Assembly: GCA_943367535.1 (NCBI GenBank)
Contig: CALRJK020000012.1
Span: forward strand, 102-64,101
Reading direction: 5' to 3'
DNA from: Synechococcus sp. UW140
GTDB taxonomy: Bacteria > Pseudomonadota > Alphaproteobacteria > Sphingomonadales > Sphingomonadaceae
Length of the DNA stretch: 64,000 nt
The notes under the pieces were generated by a model. The model saw only the letters and a list, made by a program, of their open reading frames with translations. It was not told the origin of the DNA and did not search any database. Below are positions 9,016-18,449 of the stretch, piece by piece. The position numbers and the translations under genes were made by a program. The stretch's first letter is position 1; every line of letters starts with the position of its first letter.

Positions 9016-11083
9016 GATTGTGCGCGGGACAGGGCGCTGGCGCGGTTTCGCCGTGCTGGCGGTGGTGTTCGTGCTGCTGGCGGGCTTGCGCGGCGCGTTG
9101 CTGCTGCACGAGCACAGCCTCAATTCGATCGACGGCGCCTTGCAGACATGGTTCGCGCTCGATCACTTCGGGCGCGGGGAACAGCTGGGGACCGCGTTCC
9201 AGTCCTATCTCGGCATCACCATGGTGCTGGCGCTGCTGCCGGTGTTCGTGCTTGGCGGCAAGACGCTGTTCGCCTCGACGCTGGCGGCTTACACGCTGGT
9301 GCTGGCAGGGGCTTTCGCCGTCGCTTACGCCTGCGTGTGGTTGATCCGCCCGGTGCCGCCGCGCGCGCGCTGGCAGGCTGCCTTGGTGCTGGTTTTCCTG
9401 TTCTATTATGCCGGAGCGATGGCGGGCAAGGCGGTAGGCCTAACTGGGCCGGCGACGCTCGATCCGGGCGTGTCGCTGCGGCCATTGCGAGGCGCGCTGC
9501 CGTTTCTGGTGCTGCCGTGCTTCCTCGTGTTGGTGCGCCGGGTCTGGCTGGGGGGCCGGGCGATTGCCGGAGGGCTGCCGCTCGGGCTGATCGCCGGGGC
9601 GGGGCTGCTGTGGTCGAACGATGCGGGCATCCCGCTGGCCATCGCGCTGACCGGCGCGCTGGTGCTGGCGCTGTGGCCGCGCCCGGCGCTGCTGGCCCGG
9701 ACAATGGCGGCTTTCGTGCTTGGCGTCATGGCGTCGGCAGGCGCGATCCTGCTGGGCGTGACGCATGGCGCGCCGGAGCCGTGGTTCACCTATAATTTCC
9801 GCGATGTCGCCGCCGACCAGTTCTGGTTCTTCGCCCCGTGGGAAAGAACCACGCGCATTCTCGGGCCGGGCGACCTCCCCAATATCCTGCGGCACGCCGA
9901 CCCGCTTTCGGCGCTGAGCCTTGTGGTGCTGGCGCTGTGCGTCGCCTTTGCCGCGCTCCAGCGGCTGCGCGGGCGGAGCGCGCCGGTGCGGGGGAGCGCC
10001 TTCGTTTTCCTTGGCGCGAGCGTGCTCGGCACCGCGCTGCTCCCGCAGATCGGCGGGCACGTGGGGGCGGAGTATAATGGCATCACCTTCGTGCTGGGCG
10101 TCTGCGCGCCGCTGATCGTTGCCCCCGCAGGCCTGTGGCGGCGGACGAGCGACGTGCTGCGGCTGGTCAGCGCGAGGCAGATCGCGGCGCTGACCGGCGT
10201 CGCCGTGCTGGCGATGGCGGGGACAGAGGCCGCGCGTCTCGCCCTCTCCCCCGCCCGCGCCGAACGGACAGTGTATGATCCCGCGCTCGGCTTCTTCGTG
10301 ACCCCTGCCTATGCCGCAGACCTTGCCGCGATGCGCAAGCTGGCGGCGGCATGGGATGGGCTGGGCGTGCCGCAGGATCGCCGCTTGCTGTCAGTCTATA
10401 CCTCGCCGATCGATATTGCTGCAGGGACGCGCAGCCCCGCCGATGTCGGATCGCTGATCCACGCTTTGGGGCCGGAGAAACGCGCCGCCTTCACCGCGCT
10501 GGTCGCGGAGCAGCGGGTCGCCGCCGTCACCACCATCGCGCCGGATTATAGCGGGTGGGAGGGGTGGCTGCTGCGCGCCAACTGGCCGTTCTTCCGGAAT
10601 TTGCGCGAGAATTACGTACCGCTTGCACGCAATAACCAGCAGGTGCTGTGGATGCGTGCCGAGGGCAAGCCGATGGCTCCGGCCCCGGCATCCTGCCGCA
10701 TCGCCGCAAGCGCGCCGGGGCGGCTGGCGCTGGACATCACCGCCGCTGCCGAAGGCATCGCCTCGGTCAGCGTCACCCGCCAGCCGCCTTTCGCCACGGG
10801 GCGCGGGGCGATGTTGACGGTGGTGGAGGATTCCCCGGATACCGCCCCTTCCGGCCGCGAACGCTGGGCCGGTTTCCCGCGCTATGGCATCGCCAATAGC
10901 CCCGCGCTGGAGCTGATGGCCCCCGTCACGCCCGGCCGCGCCACCCGGCTGACGCTTGAAACGCTCGACGGCTCGCCGATTGGCGAGGCGACCTGCACCG
11001 CCCAAGCCTTGCCCGCCATCGATTTCGCCGCGCTCCCTTCGCTCAGTCGCGGAGCCGAACGATATAGGGCGGCGGCGCCATGA
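9008..11083 (+). CDS. polytopic membrane protein with large C-terminal soluble domain (possible GT-C-like transferase)
   Basis: About 10-12 hydrophobic helices over the first ~400 aa, then a ~290-aa hydrophilic domain. ATG 9008 overlaps the upstream stop. I recognise no family motif with certainty. Confidence 0.6.
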   Translation: MPEIVRGTGRWRGFAVLAVVFVLLAGLRGALLLHEHSLNSIDGALQTWFALDHFGRGEQLGTAFQSYLGITMVLALLPVFVLGGKTLFASTLAAYTLVLAGAFAVAYACVWLIRPVPPRARWQAALVLVFLFYYAGAMAGKAVGLTGPATLDPGVSLRPLRGALPFLVLPCFLVLVRRVWLGGRAIAGGLPLGLIAGAGLLWSNDAGIPLAIALTGALVLALWPRPALLARTMAAFVLGVMASAGAILLGVTHGAPEPWFTYNFRDVAADQFWFFAPWERTTRILGPGDLPNILRHADPLSALSLVVLALCVAFAALQRLRGRSAPVRGSAFVFLGASVLGTALLPQIGGHVGAEYNGITFVLGVCAPLIVAPAGLWRRTSDVLRLVSARQIAALTGVAVLAMAGTEAARLALSPARAERTVYDPALGFFVTPAYAADLAAMRKLAAAWDGLGVPQDRRLLSVYTSPIDIAAGTRSPADVGSLIHALGPEKRAAFTALVAEQRVAAVTTIAPDYSGWEGWLLRANWPFFRNLRENYVPLARNNQQVLWMRAEGKPMAPAPASCRIAASAPGRLALDITAAAEGIASVSVTRQPPFATGRGAMLTVVEDSPDTAPSGRERWAGFPRYGIANSPALELMAPVTPGRATRLTLETLDGSPIGEATCTAQALPAIDFAALPSLSRGAERYRAAAP

Positions 11084-11490
11084 CCGAACTCGTGCGCTTC
11101 TTCCTTGTGACGGTGCTGGGGGTGGTGATCGACCTCGCCATCGCCCTTGCGCTGCACACCTATGCAGGCGCAGATCTGTGGCTGGCCGCCGCGATCGGCT
11201 TTGCCCTCGCGGCGAGCGCCAATTATGTCATCCACCAGACATGGAGTTTCCGCAGCGGCCCGCTCTCGCTGAAACGCGCGGCGCTGTATGCGCTGGTTGC
11301 GCTGGTCACGCTGGCGGTGCGGGTCGGGATTGTGGCGCTGCTCGAACAGGCGGTGCCGGGGGCGTGGCCGCTCGCCATCCTGATCGCCGGGGCGGGGGGA
11401 TCGTTCCTCGTGAACTTCGGCTTGAGCAAGTTCGTGGTCTTCGCCCCTGAACCCGGGACCGCTCCGGCACATGCAGGTGAAACGCCATGA
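11080..11490 (+). CDS. GtrA family membrane protein (lipid-linked sugar translocation associated)
   Basis: 136 aa with 4 TM helices; LVRFFLVTVLGVVIDLAI...ASANYVIHQTWSFR is the classic GtrA signature. Overlaps both neighbours (ATGA). Confidence 0.85.
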   Translation: MTELVRFFLVTVLGVVIDLAIALALHTYAGADLWLAAAIGFALAASANYVIHQTWSFRSGPLSLKRAALYALVALVTLAVRVGIVALLEQAVPGAWPLAILIAGAGGSFLVNFGLSKFVVFAPEPGTAPAHAGETP

Positions 11491-13817
11491 CGATCCGCCC
11501 CGAACCATTGCTGGACGATGCCGCATGGGACGTCCCCGCGCATGACGTCGCGCTCTACGCCCCGCGCCTGCACCGCCACGCGCTGGTGATCCCGGTCATC
11601 AACGAGGGCGCGCGCATCCGCGGCCAGCTCTTGCGTGTTCAGGCGGCAGGCCTGCCGGTCGATGTGGTGATCGCGGACGGGGGATCGACCGACGGCTCGC
11701 TCGATGACGAGTTCGTCGGCCAAGCCGGCGTGCGCGCGGTGTTGACCAAGACCGGGCCGGGCAAGCTCTCCGCCCAGTTGCGCATGGCCTATGCCTGGTG
11801 CTTGCGCCAAGGCTATGCCGGGATCGTCACCATCGACGGCAACGGCAAGGACGGGGTTGAGGCGGTGGCGGCGATGGTCGCCAAGCTGGAGGAGGGCTGC
11901 GATTATGTGCAGGGCTCGCGGTACCTGCCCGGCGGCGCGGCGGAGAACACGCCGCTGGAGCGCACCATCGCCAACCGCCTGATCCACGCACCAATGCTCA
12001 GCATCGCGGGGCGGCACTGGTTCACCGACACCACGAACGGCTTCCGCGCCTATTCCGCCCGTTACCTGACGCATCCGGGGGTGCAGCCCTTCCGCGAGGG
12101 GTTCTCGGTCTACAACCTGTTGTTTTACCTGACGGTGCGCGCAGGGCAGCTGGGGTTGAGGGTCGATCATGTGCCGGTGGTGCGGCGCTATCCCGATGAC
12201 GGGAAGGTGCCGACCAAGATCGGCGGATTTGCCTCGAAAATGGCGCTGCTGAAGGAGACCTTCGTGGCGGCGACCGGCGGCTACACGCCCGATGCCGCCG
12301 CACCGCGCGCCGGGTGGCTGTGGCAGGGGGCGGTGCTCTTCGCGTTGCTGGCGGCGCTGCTGCTGAACGTGGTCGCCGCGCCGCCATATTCGCCGGATTC
12401 CTGGGCGCTGTGGGAGCTATCGCAGACAGTGTTCGGCGATTTCTACCGCTTCACCCACTGGCGCAGTTATGCCGGCGAGATCCCCTATTCCGCTAGCTTC
12501 CCGCCGCTCACCCCGTTGTTGATCGCGTGCCTTGATGCGCTGCTGGGCACCGGCCCGCGCACCGGGTTGTTCCTCGCCTTTGCCAGTTTTGCCGGCTTCG
12601 CGCTGGTGTCCGAGGCGATCGGGCGGCGGGTGACAGGGGCGGCGTGGCTGGGGCTCGGTGCGGCGCTCGTGCTGCTGCTTGGCCCCAACATGCTGCTGAT
12701 CGAGATGCAGGCGGGGCGCACGATCCCGCTGCAATTGCTGCTTTATGCGCTGGTGTTGCTGGGGCTGCTGGCACCTGAACGGATCAGCCTTGTGCGCGCT
12801 GCCATGATCGGCTTCGTCGCGGGTCTTGCCGTGCTGAACCGCTTTGATGCCTTGCTGCTGCCGGTTCCGGCGGCGCTGGCCGTGGGCTGGCTGACCCGTT
12901 CGCCCGCGCGCGGGGCCATGGCGCTGGCGGCGTCCGCCCTCGCCGTGTCGCCGTGGGCGCTGTATTCGCTGACGCATTTCGGGGTGCTGTTCGCCACCGA
13001 CAATGCCGGGATCGCGACAGCCCTCGATCCGCAGGCCTATGTGACCGACTGGTGGCCGACGCCGCAGGCAACCCTCGCCGATGATCCGCTGGCATGGGCG
13101 GGCAAGGTCGCGGCGAACATAGGCACGCTTGTCTGGGTCGCGGCGGGGCTGGCGGCGAGCTGGTTCGGCCTTGCGAGCGCGGCGTTTCTCGCCTTTCCCG
13201 CGATGCTGGCGTGGCTGTGCCGGACAGAACGACATCCGCGAACGGCGCTGTTCGTGCTGGCGGGCTTTGCCGTGCTGGCCGGGCTGATGCTCGCACCGCA
13301 GGTGCTCACCGGCTATATCGAGCAGCGGTATTTCAGCGCGGCTGTGTGGGCGGCGCTGCTGACCGCGGCCTGCGCCGGGATCATGCAGAGCGGCGCGCTC
13401 CACCAGCGGACGATCTTTGCGCGCGGCGCTGCGGCGGCAGCGATGTTTGCGGTCGCGGTGCTGGCTGCGGGGCACGCCTTCACCGCCAGGCCCGATCGCG
13501 CTGCCTTTGACGATCCCGCTGACGTTCGCGCCCTCAAGGCCTGCCTTGCCGACGCCCCTGAAGCGCGCGTGCTCGTGCTGGGCGACGACACATTGGCCGC
13601 GCGCGCCGGGGCGTTGGGGGGCGTCACCACGATGATGGCACCGCGCAACATTGCCGAAGGCCGCCTCGATCCCGCCGGAGCCCGCGCCTTTGCCGCCGCA
13701 TGGCAGCCCCGTTTCGCACTGGCCGCCGATCCGCAGCGCGCCCGCTGGATCGAACAGACCTTCGCGGCCGCACCCGTGCCCGGTTGCCCGCTCGCGCTCT
13801 ACCGTCTTCCCCGCTGA
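11487..13817 (+). CDS. fusion protein: N-terminal GT2 (polyprenyl-phosphate glycosyltransferase-like) plus C-terminal multi-TM GT-C/PMT_2-like domain
   Basis: N-terminus has LVIPVINEG, VIADGGSTDGS and TIDGNGKDG (GT2/DPM1-like). From about residue 290 there are >10 TM helices, with an acidic first loop (PPYSPDSWALWE) as in ArnT/PMT-type transferases. Confidence 0.8.
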   Translation: MTIRPEPLLDDAAWDVPAHDVALYAPRLHRHALVIPVINEGARIRGQLLRVQAAGLPVDVVIADGGSTDGSLDDEFVGQAGVRAVLTKTGPGKLSAQLRMAYAWCLRQGYAGIVTIDGNGKDGVEAVAAMVAKLEEGCDYVQGSRYLPGGAAENTPLERTIANRLIHAPMLSIAGRHWFTDTTNGFRAYSARYLTHPGVQPFREGFSVYNLLFYLTVRAGQLGLRVDHVPVVRRYPDDGKVPTKIGGFASKMALLKETFVAATGGYTPDAAAPRAGWLWQGAVLFALLAALLLNVVAAPPYSPDSWALWELSQTVFGDFYRFTHWRSYAGEIPYSASFPPLTPLLIACLDALLGTGPRTGLFLAFASFAGFALVSEAIGRRVTGAAWLGLGAALVLLLGPNMLLIEMQAGRTIPLQLLLYALVLLGLLAPERISLVRAAMIGFVAGLAVLNRFDALLLPVPAALAVGWLTRSPARGAMALAASALAVSPWALYSLTHFGVLFATDNAGIATALDPQAYVTDWWPTPQATLADDPLAWAGKVAANIGTLVWVAAGLAASWFGLASAAFLAFPAMLAWLCRTERHPRTALFVLAGFAVLAGLMLAPQVLTGYIEQRYFSAAVWAALLTAACAGIMQSGALHQRTIFARGAAAAAMFAVAVLAAGHAFTARPDRAAFDDPADVRALKACLADAPEARVLVLGDDTLAARAGALGGVTTMMAPRNIAEGRLDPAGARAFAAAWQPRFALAADPQRARWIEQTFAAAPVPGCPLALYRLPR

Positions 13818-13922
13818 AGCGGCCTATCTCCGCGCCCGTCTCGACCTCCTGCGCATAATGGCGTATTCTCCCCATGCGGGACGCCGCCTTACTGCACAGC
13901 CGATCCACGAGGGGACGATCCG

Positions 13923-14786
13923 GTGAAACAGTCGCTCATCAACCTGCTGCCGCCTGCGACACTGGCGGCGATCCTCGCCTTCTGGGGCCTTGCGCCTGCC
14001 GCCTGGGTCGAGGCGCCGTGGGCGCTGCCTGCCGTGGGCGTGGGCACGGTGGTGTTTGTTCAGACGCTCGAATTCCTGTTCGAGCGTCACGCCGGCTGGC
14101 GCATGAACATCCGCGAGTTCGCCACCGACATCTTCTACTTCGCCTTCTTCTTCTTCGTGATCGGCGCAGCTTCGGACGCGCTGATCAACTCGCCCCTGCG
14201 CGCGCTCAAGGAGGTGTGGGGCATCGGCACCCCGTGGCTGATGCAACTGCCCTTCCTGGCGCAGGCGATGATCGCGCTGTTTCTGTTCGAGCTCGGCCAA
14301 TACTGGATGCACCGCGCGATGCACAACTGGACGCCGCTATGGCTGACCCACGCGCCGCATCATCACCTGACGCAATTGAACGCGATGAAGGGCTATATCG
14401 GCAATCCGGTCGAGCTGTTCCTGATCAGCATCGGCGTGATCGCGTTGCTGGATGTTGACCGCAACGCCCTGTTCGCCAGTTTCACCATCGGCGGCGCGAT
14501 CGCGATCTATGCCCACGCCAATGTTCGGGCCAACCCGCCGATCTGGTACGGCTTCTTCTTCACCACGATCCGGAACCACTCGCTCCACCACACCGCCACC
14601 AGCTATGCAGACACCCGCTGCAATTACGGCAACAGCGTGATCTTCTGGGACCGCGTGTTCGGCACCTACAAGGAGGGGGAGGGCGCCATCGTCGGTCAGG
14701 ATGATCGCAAGCGGTTGTCGATCTGGGAGCAATGGACCTTCCCGCTGCGCCCGTGGCTGGAAAAGCGCCGGGGCGCGCAAGGGTAG
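13923..14786 (+). CDS. fatty acid hydroxylase / sterol desaturase family membrane protein
   Basis: Histidine boxes HRAMHNW, HAPHHH and NHSLHH in a membrane context; GTG start. Confidence 0.85.
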   Translation: MKQSLINLLPPATLAAILAFWGLAPAAWVEAPWALPAVGVGTVVFVQTLEFLFERHAGWRMNIREFATDIFYFAFFFFVIGAASDALINSPLRALKEVWGIGTPWLMQLPFLAQAMIALFLFELGQYWMHRAMHNWTPLWLTHAPHHHLTQLNAMKGYIGNPVELFLISIGVIALLDVDRNALFASFTIGGAIAIYAHANVRANPPIWYGFFFTTIRNHSLHHTATSYADTRCNYGNSVIFWDRVFGTYKEGEGAIVGQDDRKRLSIWEQWTFPLRPWLEKRRGAQG

Positions 14787-14854
14787 GAGCGGGCGCTTTC
14801 GGGCGGGCTGCACACCTGCGTGGAACGGGCGTTGTCGGAGCATCAAGACACAGC

Positions 14855-15391
14855 ATGGATGTAACGGTCCGCATCGCGACAATGGCAGACCTGCCCGCCC
14901 TGCGCGGCCTGATCGAGCGCGCCATCACGCAATTGCAGCGCGGGTTTCTCGACCCGGCAGAGATCGAGGCTAGCCGCCAGTTCATGGGGGTGGACACCCA
15001 GCTGGTGCGGGACGGAACCTACCTTTGCGCGATCATTGACGGGCAATTGGCCGGCTGCGGCGGGTGGAGCTGGCGGCGGACGCGTTATGGCGGGGATGAT
15101 GCGGTGGATCTGATCGATCCCTCGCCGCTCGACCCCTTGACCGAGCCTGCCAGGATCAGGGCGATGTACACCGACCCCGGTTTTGCCCGGCGCGGGGTGG
15201 GTCTGGCGATCATCACCGCCGCCGAAGACGCCGCCCGCGCTGCCGGGTTTCGTGCGGTGGAGTTGATGAGCACGCTATCGGGCGAACCGCTGTACCGCCG
15301 CTGCGGTTACAGCGCGACCGCCGCGCGGGTGCACCACGCGGATGTCCCGCTCATCCCGATGCGCAAGAGCCTGCTTGCTGCACCGGGATGA
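14855..15391 (+). CDS. GNAT family N-acetyltransferase
   Basis: Acetyl-CoA motif RRGVGLAIITAAEDAARAAGF. ATG 14855 lies inside ORF 14732..15391. Confidence 0.8.
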   Translation: MDVTVRIATMADLPALRGLIERAITQLQRGFLDPAEIEASRQFMGVDTQLVRDGTYLCAIIDGQLAGCGGWSWRRTRYGGDDAVDLIDPSPLDPLTEPARIRAMYTDPGFARRGVGLAIITAAEDAARAAGFRAVELMSTLSGEPLYRRCGYSATAARVHHADVPLIPMRKSLLAAPG

Positions 15392-15409
15392 GGGAAGGAT
15401 TGCCGCCGA

Positions 15410-18163
15410 TCAGAAGCGCGCGGTGACCCGCGCGTACCAGAACCCGCCCATCCAGCCGATCGGGGAGCCGTCGTTGTAGATCGACCCGTTCGCCGCCCCG
15501 CCGGTTCCGGCGAAGATGTTGCGGGTCTCACGCTCGGGCATGGTGTCGAACAGGTTCTGCGCCCCCACCGCGATGCGGTATTTTTCGGCGAAGGTCATGC
15601 CCACTTCGATATCGAAGCTCGCCTGAGCGCCGAACTTCTTGGCAAACGGCACCGGATACAGCGCCTGCGCTTGCGCCTGCGTGGTGATGCCGCCGGCGTT
15701 TGGCGTCGGGCCAATGCCGGTGGTGATCGGATCGAAGAAGCTGGTGAAGCTGCCGAAGTAGTTCACCCGCGCGACGGCATCGACAATGCCTTGCGTGTAG
15801 ATGGTGGAAAGCACCGCACGCCAGCGCGGAACCGATTCCTCGATATTGCCGACGCGCACATCGTCCACCGGCTGGAAGTTCGACAGCACCCGTCCGCTTG
15901 CGAGCGTGCCGTTGATGATCTTGCGATCGGTCACTTCGGTGGTGTTGTAATTGACCGCAAGGTTCGATCTGAAGCGACCGATGCCGGTGTCTGCGTCATG
16001 CGAGACGACCACATCGAAACCCTGGGTGCGCGTATCGAAGGCGTTGGTGAAGTACCGCACCGAGCCAAGCTCGGCGGCCTCGGCGATGCCCTGCGAGAGC
16101 AGGAATTGTGCGTCGGTCAAACCGTTGGCGTTAACAATATTGGGGTTGATCGCGCCGGAAATGCCGATCCGGTCGGTGACCTTGATGTTGTAGTAATCGA
16201 CCGTGATGTTGAACCCGCCGCCGGGCTGGATGACCAAACCGCCCGAGAGACTGAGCGACTTTTCCGGGGTGAGCCCCTCGGCGAGGTAGAACTGGCCGAT
16301 GTCACTGTCGGGCCGCGCGACAAGGGTGCCGAGCGGAACTGTCGAGCCGAAGGGGAAACCGGTGGTCAGGTTCTGCGTGAACTGCTGGCCCGGCGTCGGA
16401 GCGCGGAAGCCGGTCGAGGCCGTGCCGCGCAGTGCGATGGCATCGGTGAATTCATAGCGCGCCGAGACCTTGCCGTTGAAGGTGTCACCGAAGTCGTCGA
16501 AATAGTCGTAGCGCGCAGCGATCCCGACATCGAGCCCGGTGACCGGGGTGGCTTCGAAATCGATGTAGCCCGAATAGTTGTTGCGTCCGCCTTCGATCAC
16601 CGACGCGGGGCCAAAGCCCTGGAAGCCGTTGGAGCCCGGCAGTGCGACCTGCGTGCGCACGAAGGCCGGAGCCGACGCACCCGGGGTCGAACACGGCACG
16701 GGTGCCGCGGCAAGCGTGCACTGGAACAGGCGCTGCGAGGCATAGGGGCCGACCGTCCACGAAGGCGTGTCGCCCAGCCCGACCTCGAAGGCCTCGCGCC
16801 GCACTTCCACGCCCCATGCGATGAACAGCGGATCGGCAAAGCCGACTTCGACTTCGGTGTTGAAGTCGCCGTTGAAGTTGAATTCGCGCTGGACGAATTT
16901 GCCCATGTAGAATTCGGTCGGCGTGTTGGGCCCAAGCGAGGCGTTGATCGTGTCGCTCATGAAATAGCGGATCTGGTTGACGCCATACATCATCGAGAGA
17001 TCGTAGTTGACGCCCGACATCTCGCCCTTGAACCCGCCGACGATGCCGATGTCTTCGTTGGTCTGTTCAAAGAACGGGATGAAGCCGTTGCGCTGATCGG
17101 GGAAGCGATTGTCGTTGAAGATGTCGAACCTCGCCCCGTTCAGGTCCCATTGCGGGCGTCCCTGTGTATCGAAGCCGACCTGGGTGAGGAACACGATCGG
17201 CACCGGCCGGCCGGTCGAATTGGTGCCCGGGCGGCCGGGGATCGGCAGGTGCGTGGTGGAAACCGGCGGGCGATAGTTGAAGTCGTTGCCCTGGCGCTGG
17301 TAGCCGTAGTTGGCAAAGGCGTAGAAGGTCGTGTCGCCAGCCGGAATTTCGGTGTTGATGGTGGCGCGGTAGGCGCGGTTCTCGGGCCCGCCGAGGCGGT
17401 TGCCGGTCGGCTGGTCGGGCGTGATGCCGAGTGCGCGGAGCGGCTCGATCGCCGGGCGCTCCACCGAACGGTCGAAGACGTTCTGGTCGATGAATTCCAG
17501 CGACAGGTTGAAGAAGCCGCCGTTGTCCCCGAGCTCGGTGCCGTAAAATGCGGTGAGCTGGGTATCCTCGCCATCACCGGCATAGGACTGGCCGTAGCGC
17601 GCAGTGACCTCGTAACCGGTATCGCGGCGCAGGCCGATATTGATCACGCCGGCAATCGCGTCCGAACCATATTGTGCGGCCGCACCATCGCGCAGCACTT
17701 CGACCCGGCCCACGGCGGCGCTGGAGATCTGCGAAAGGTCGGCGCCTTGCGCGCCGGCGTTGAGCGCGCCGCCCTGAAGCTGGACCAGCGCCGAGCGGTG
17801 CACGCGCTTGCCATTGAGGAGCACGAGGATCTGGTCGGCCGGCAGGCCGCGCAGCGTCGGCGGGCGGATAAAGGCGGAAGCGTCGCCGAGCAGGTTGCGT
17901 TGCTGGTTGAAGGAGGGAACCAGCGTTTGGAGAATCGTTTGCAATTGCGGCGCGGGCTGTGCCTTGAAATCGTCGGCTGTGAAAACGTCGACCGGCGCGG
18001 AGCTTTCCAGCACGGTGCGATCGGTGCGGCGGGTGCCGGTTACGACAATCGCCTGCCCGGGATCGGTGGCAACCTGCTCGGCCGGATCGAGTGTGTCGTC
18101 CTCCGCCAGCAGAGGAGAAACGGGTACAGCAAGCGACGCAAGGAGAAGGTGACGAATACGCAT
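15410..18163 (-). CDS. TonB-dependent receptor
   Basis: Signal peptide MRIRHLLLASLAVPVSPLLAE; plug motifs (IVVTGTR, LRGL, RVEVLRDGAAAQYGSDAIAGVINI); C-terminal ...ARVTARF with terminal Phe. Confidence 0.9.
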   Translation of the reverse strand: MRIRHLLLASLAVPVSPLLAEDDTLDPAEQVATDPGQAIVVTGTRRTDRTVLESSAPVDVFTADDFKAQPAPQLQTILQTLVPSFNQQRNLLGDASAFIRPPTLRGLPADQILVLLNGKRVHRSALVQLQGGALNAGAQGADLSQISSAAVGRVEVLRDGAAAQYGSDAIAGVINIGLRRDTGYEVTARYGQSYAGDGEDTQLTAFYGTELGDNGGFFNLSLEFIDQNVFDRSVERPAIEPLRALGITPDQPTGNRLGGPENRAYRATINTEIPAGDTTFYAFANYGYQRQGNDFNYRPPVSTTHLPIPGRPGTNSTGRPVPIVFLTQVGFDTQGRPQWDLNGARFDIFNDNRFPDQRNGFIPFFEQTNEDIGIVGGFKGEMSGVNYDLSMMYGVNQIRYFMSDTINASLGPNTPTEFYMGKFVQREFNFNGDFNTEVEVGFADPLFIAWGVEVRREAFEVGLGDTPSWTVGPYASQRLFQCTLAAAPVPCSTPGASAPAFVRTQVALPGSNGFQGFGPASVIEGGRNNYSGYIDFEATPVTGLDVGIAARYDYFDDFGDTFNGKVSARYEFTDAIALRGTASTGFRAPTPGQQFTQNLTTGFPFGSTVPLGTLVARPDSDIGQFYLAEGLTPEKSLSLSGGLVIQPGGGFNITVDYYNIKVTDRIGISGAINPNIVNANGLTDAQFLLSQGIAEAAELGSVRYFTNAFDTRTQGFDVVVSHDADTGIGRFRSNLAVNYNTTEVTDRKIINGTLASGRVLSNFQPVDDVRVGNIEESVPRWRAVLSTIYTQGIVDAVARVNYFGSFTSFFDPITTGIGPTPNAGGITTQAQAQALYPVPFAKKFGAQASFDIEVGMTFAEKYRIAVGAQNLFDTMPERETRNIFAGTGGAANGSIYNDGSPIGWMGGFWYARVTARF

Positions 18164-18449
18164 GATGATGCCCCTTTTTGTTATTGTTGCATCGCAGCAA
18201 TACCATGCCGGGCCTATCAAACTACAATAATTCTAGGGAGTTATGGTGGTTAAATGACGTAAGTTTTGCGAATATTACAAAACAGAGCCAGAAATTATCC
18301 AAATTAATGCGGCAAATAATTAAAAGATTACCCTTCTTCACAACATGATGGCAATAATCCGCACATAAACGAATTTTTATGATAATTAACGATTGTGCGC
18401 CGCAATAATTTGCTTGGCGAAAGCGCGTGCGGGCGTATCAATATGACCC

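Noticed and set aside
15671-18253. 860-aa ORF on the plus strand opposite the TonB-dependent receptor. There are similar long antisense ORFs at 21076..22269, 26126..27451, 36909..38120, 38299..39375, 39636..40736, 41689..43170, 54359..55813 and 55994..57109.
   Set aside because: They are Arg/Gly/Ala/His-rich with no recognisable motifs, and each lies exactly antisense to a gene with clear family signatures. This is the typical stop-codon-poor shadow frame of high-GC DNA.
18379-18397. Fur box upstream of the TonB-dependent receptor.
   Set aside because: The best alignment to the 19-bp consensus GATAATGATAATCATTATC is only about 10/19. I kept it as a weak suggestion inside a finding, not as a feature.
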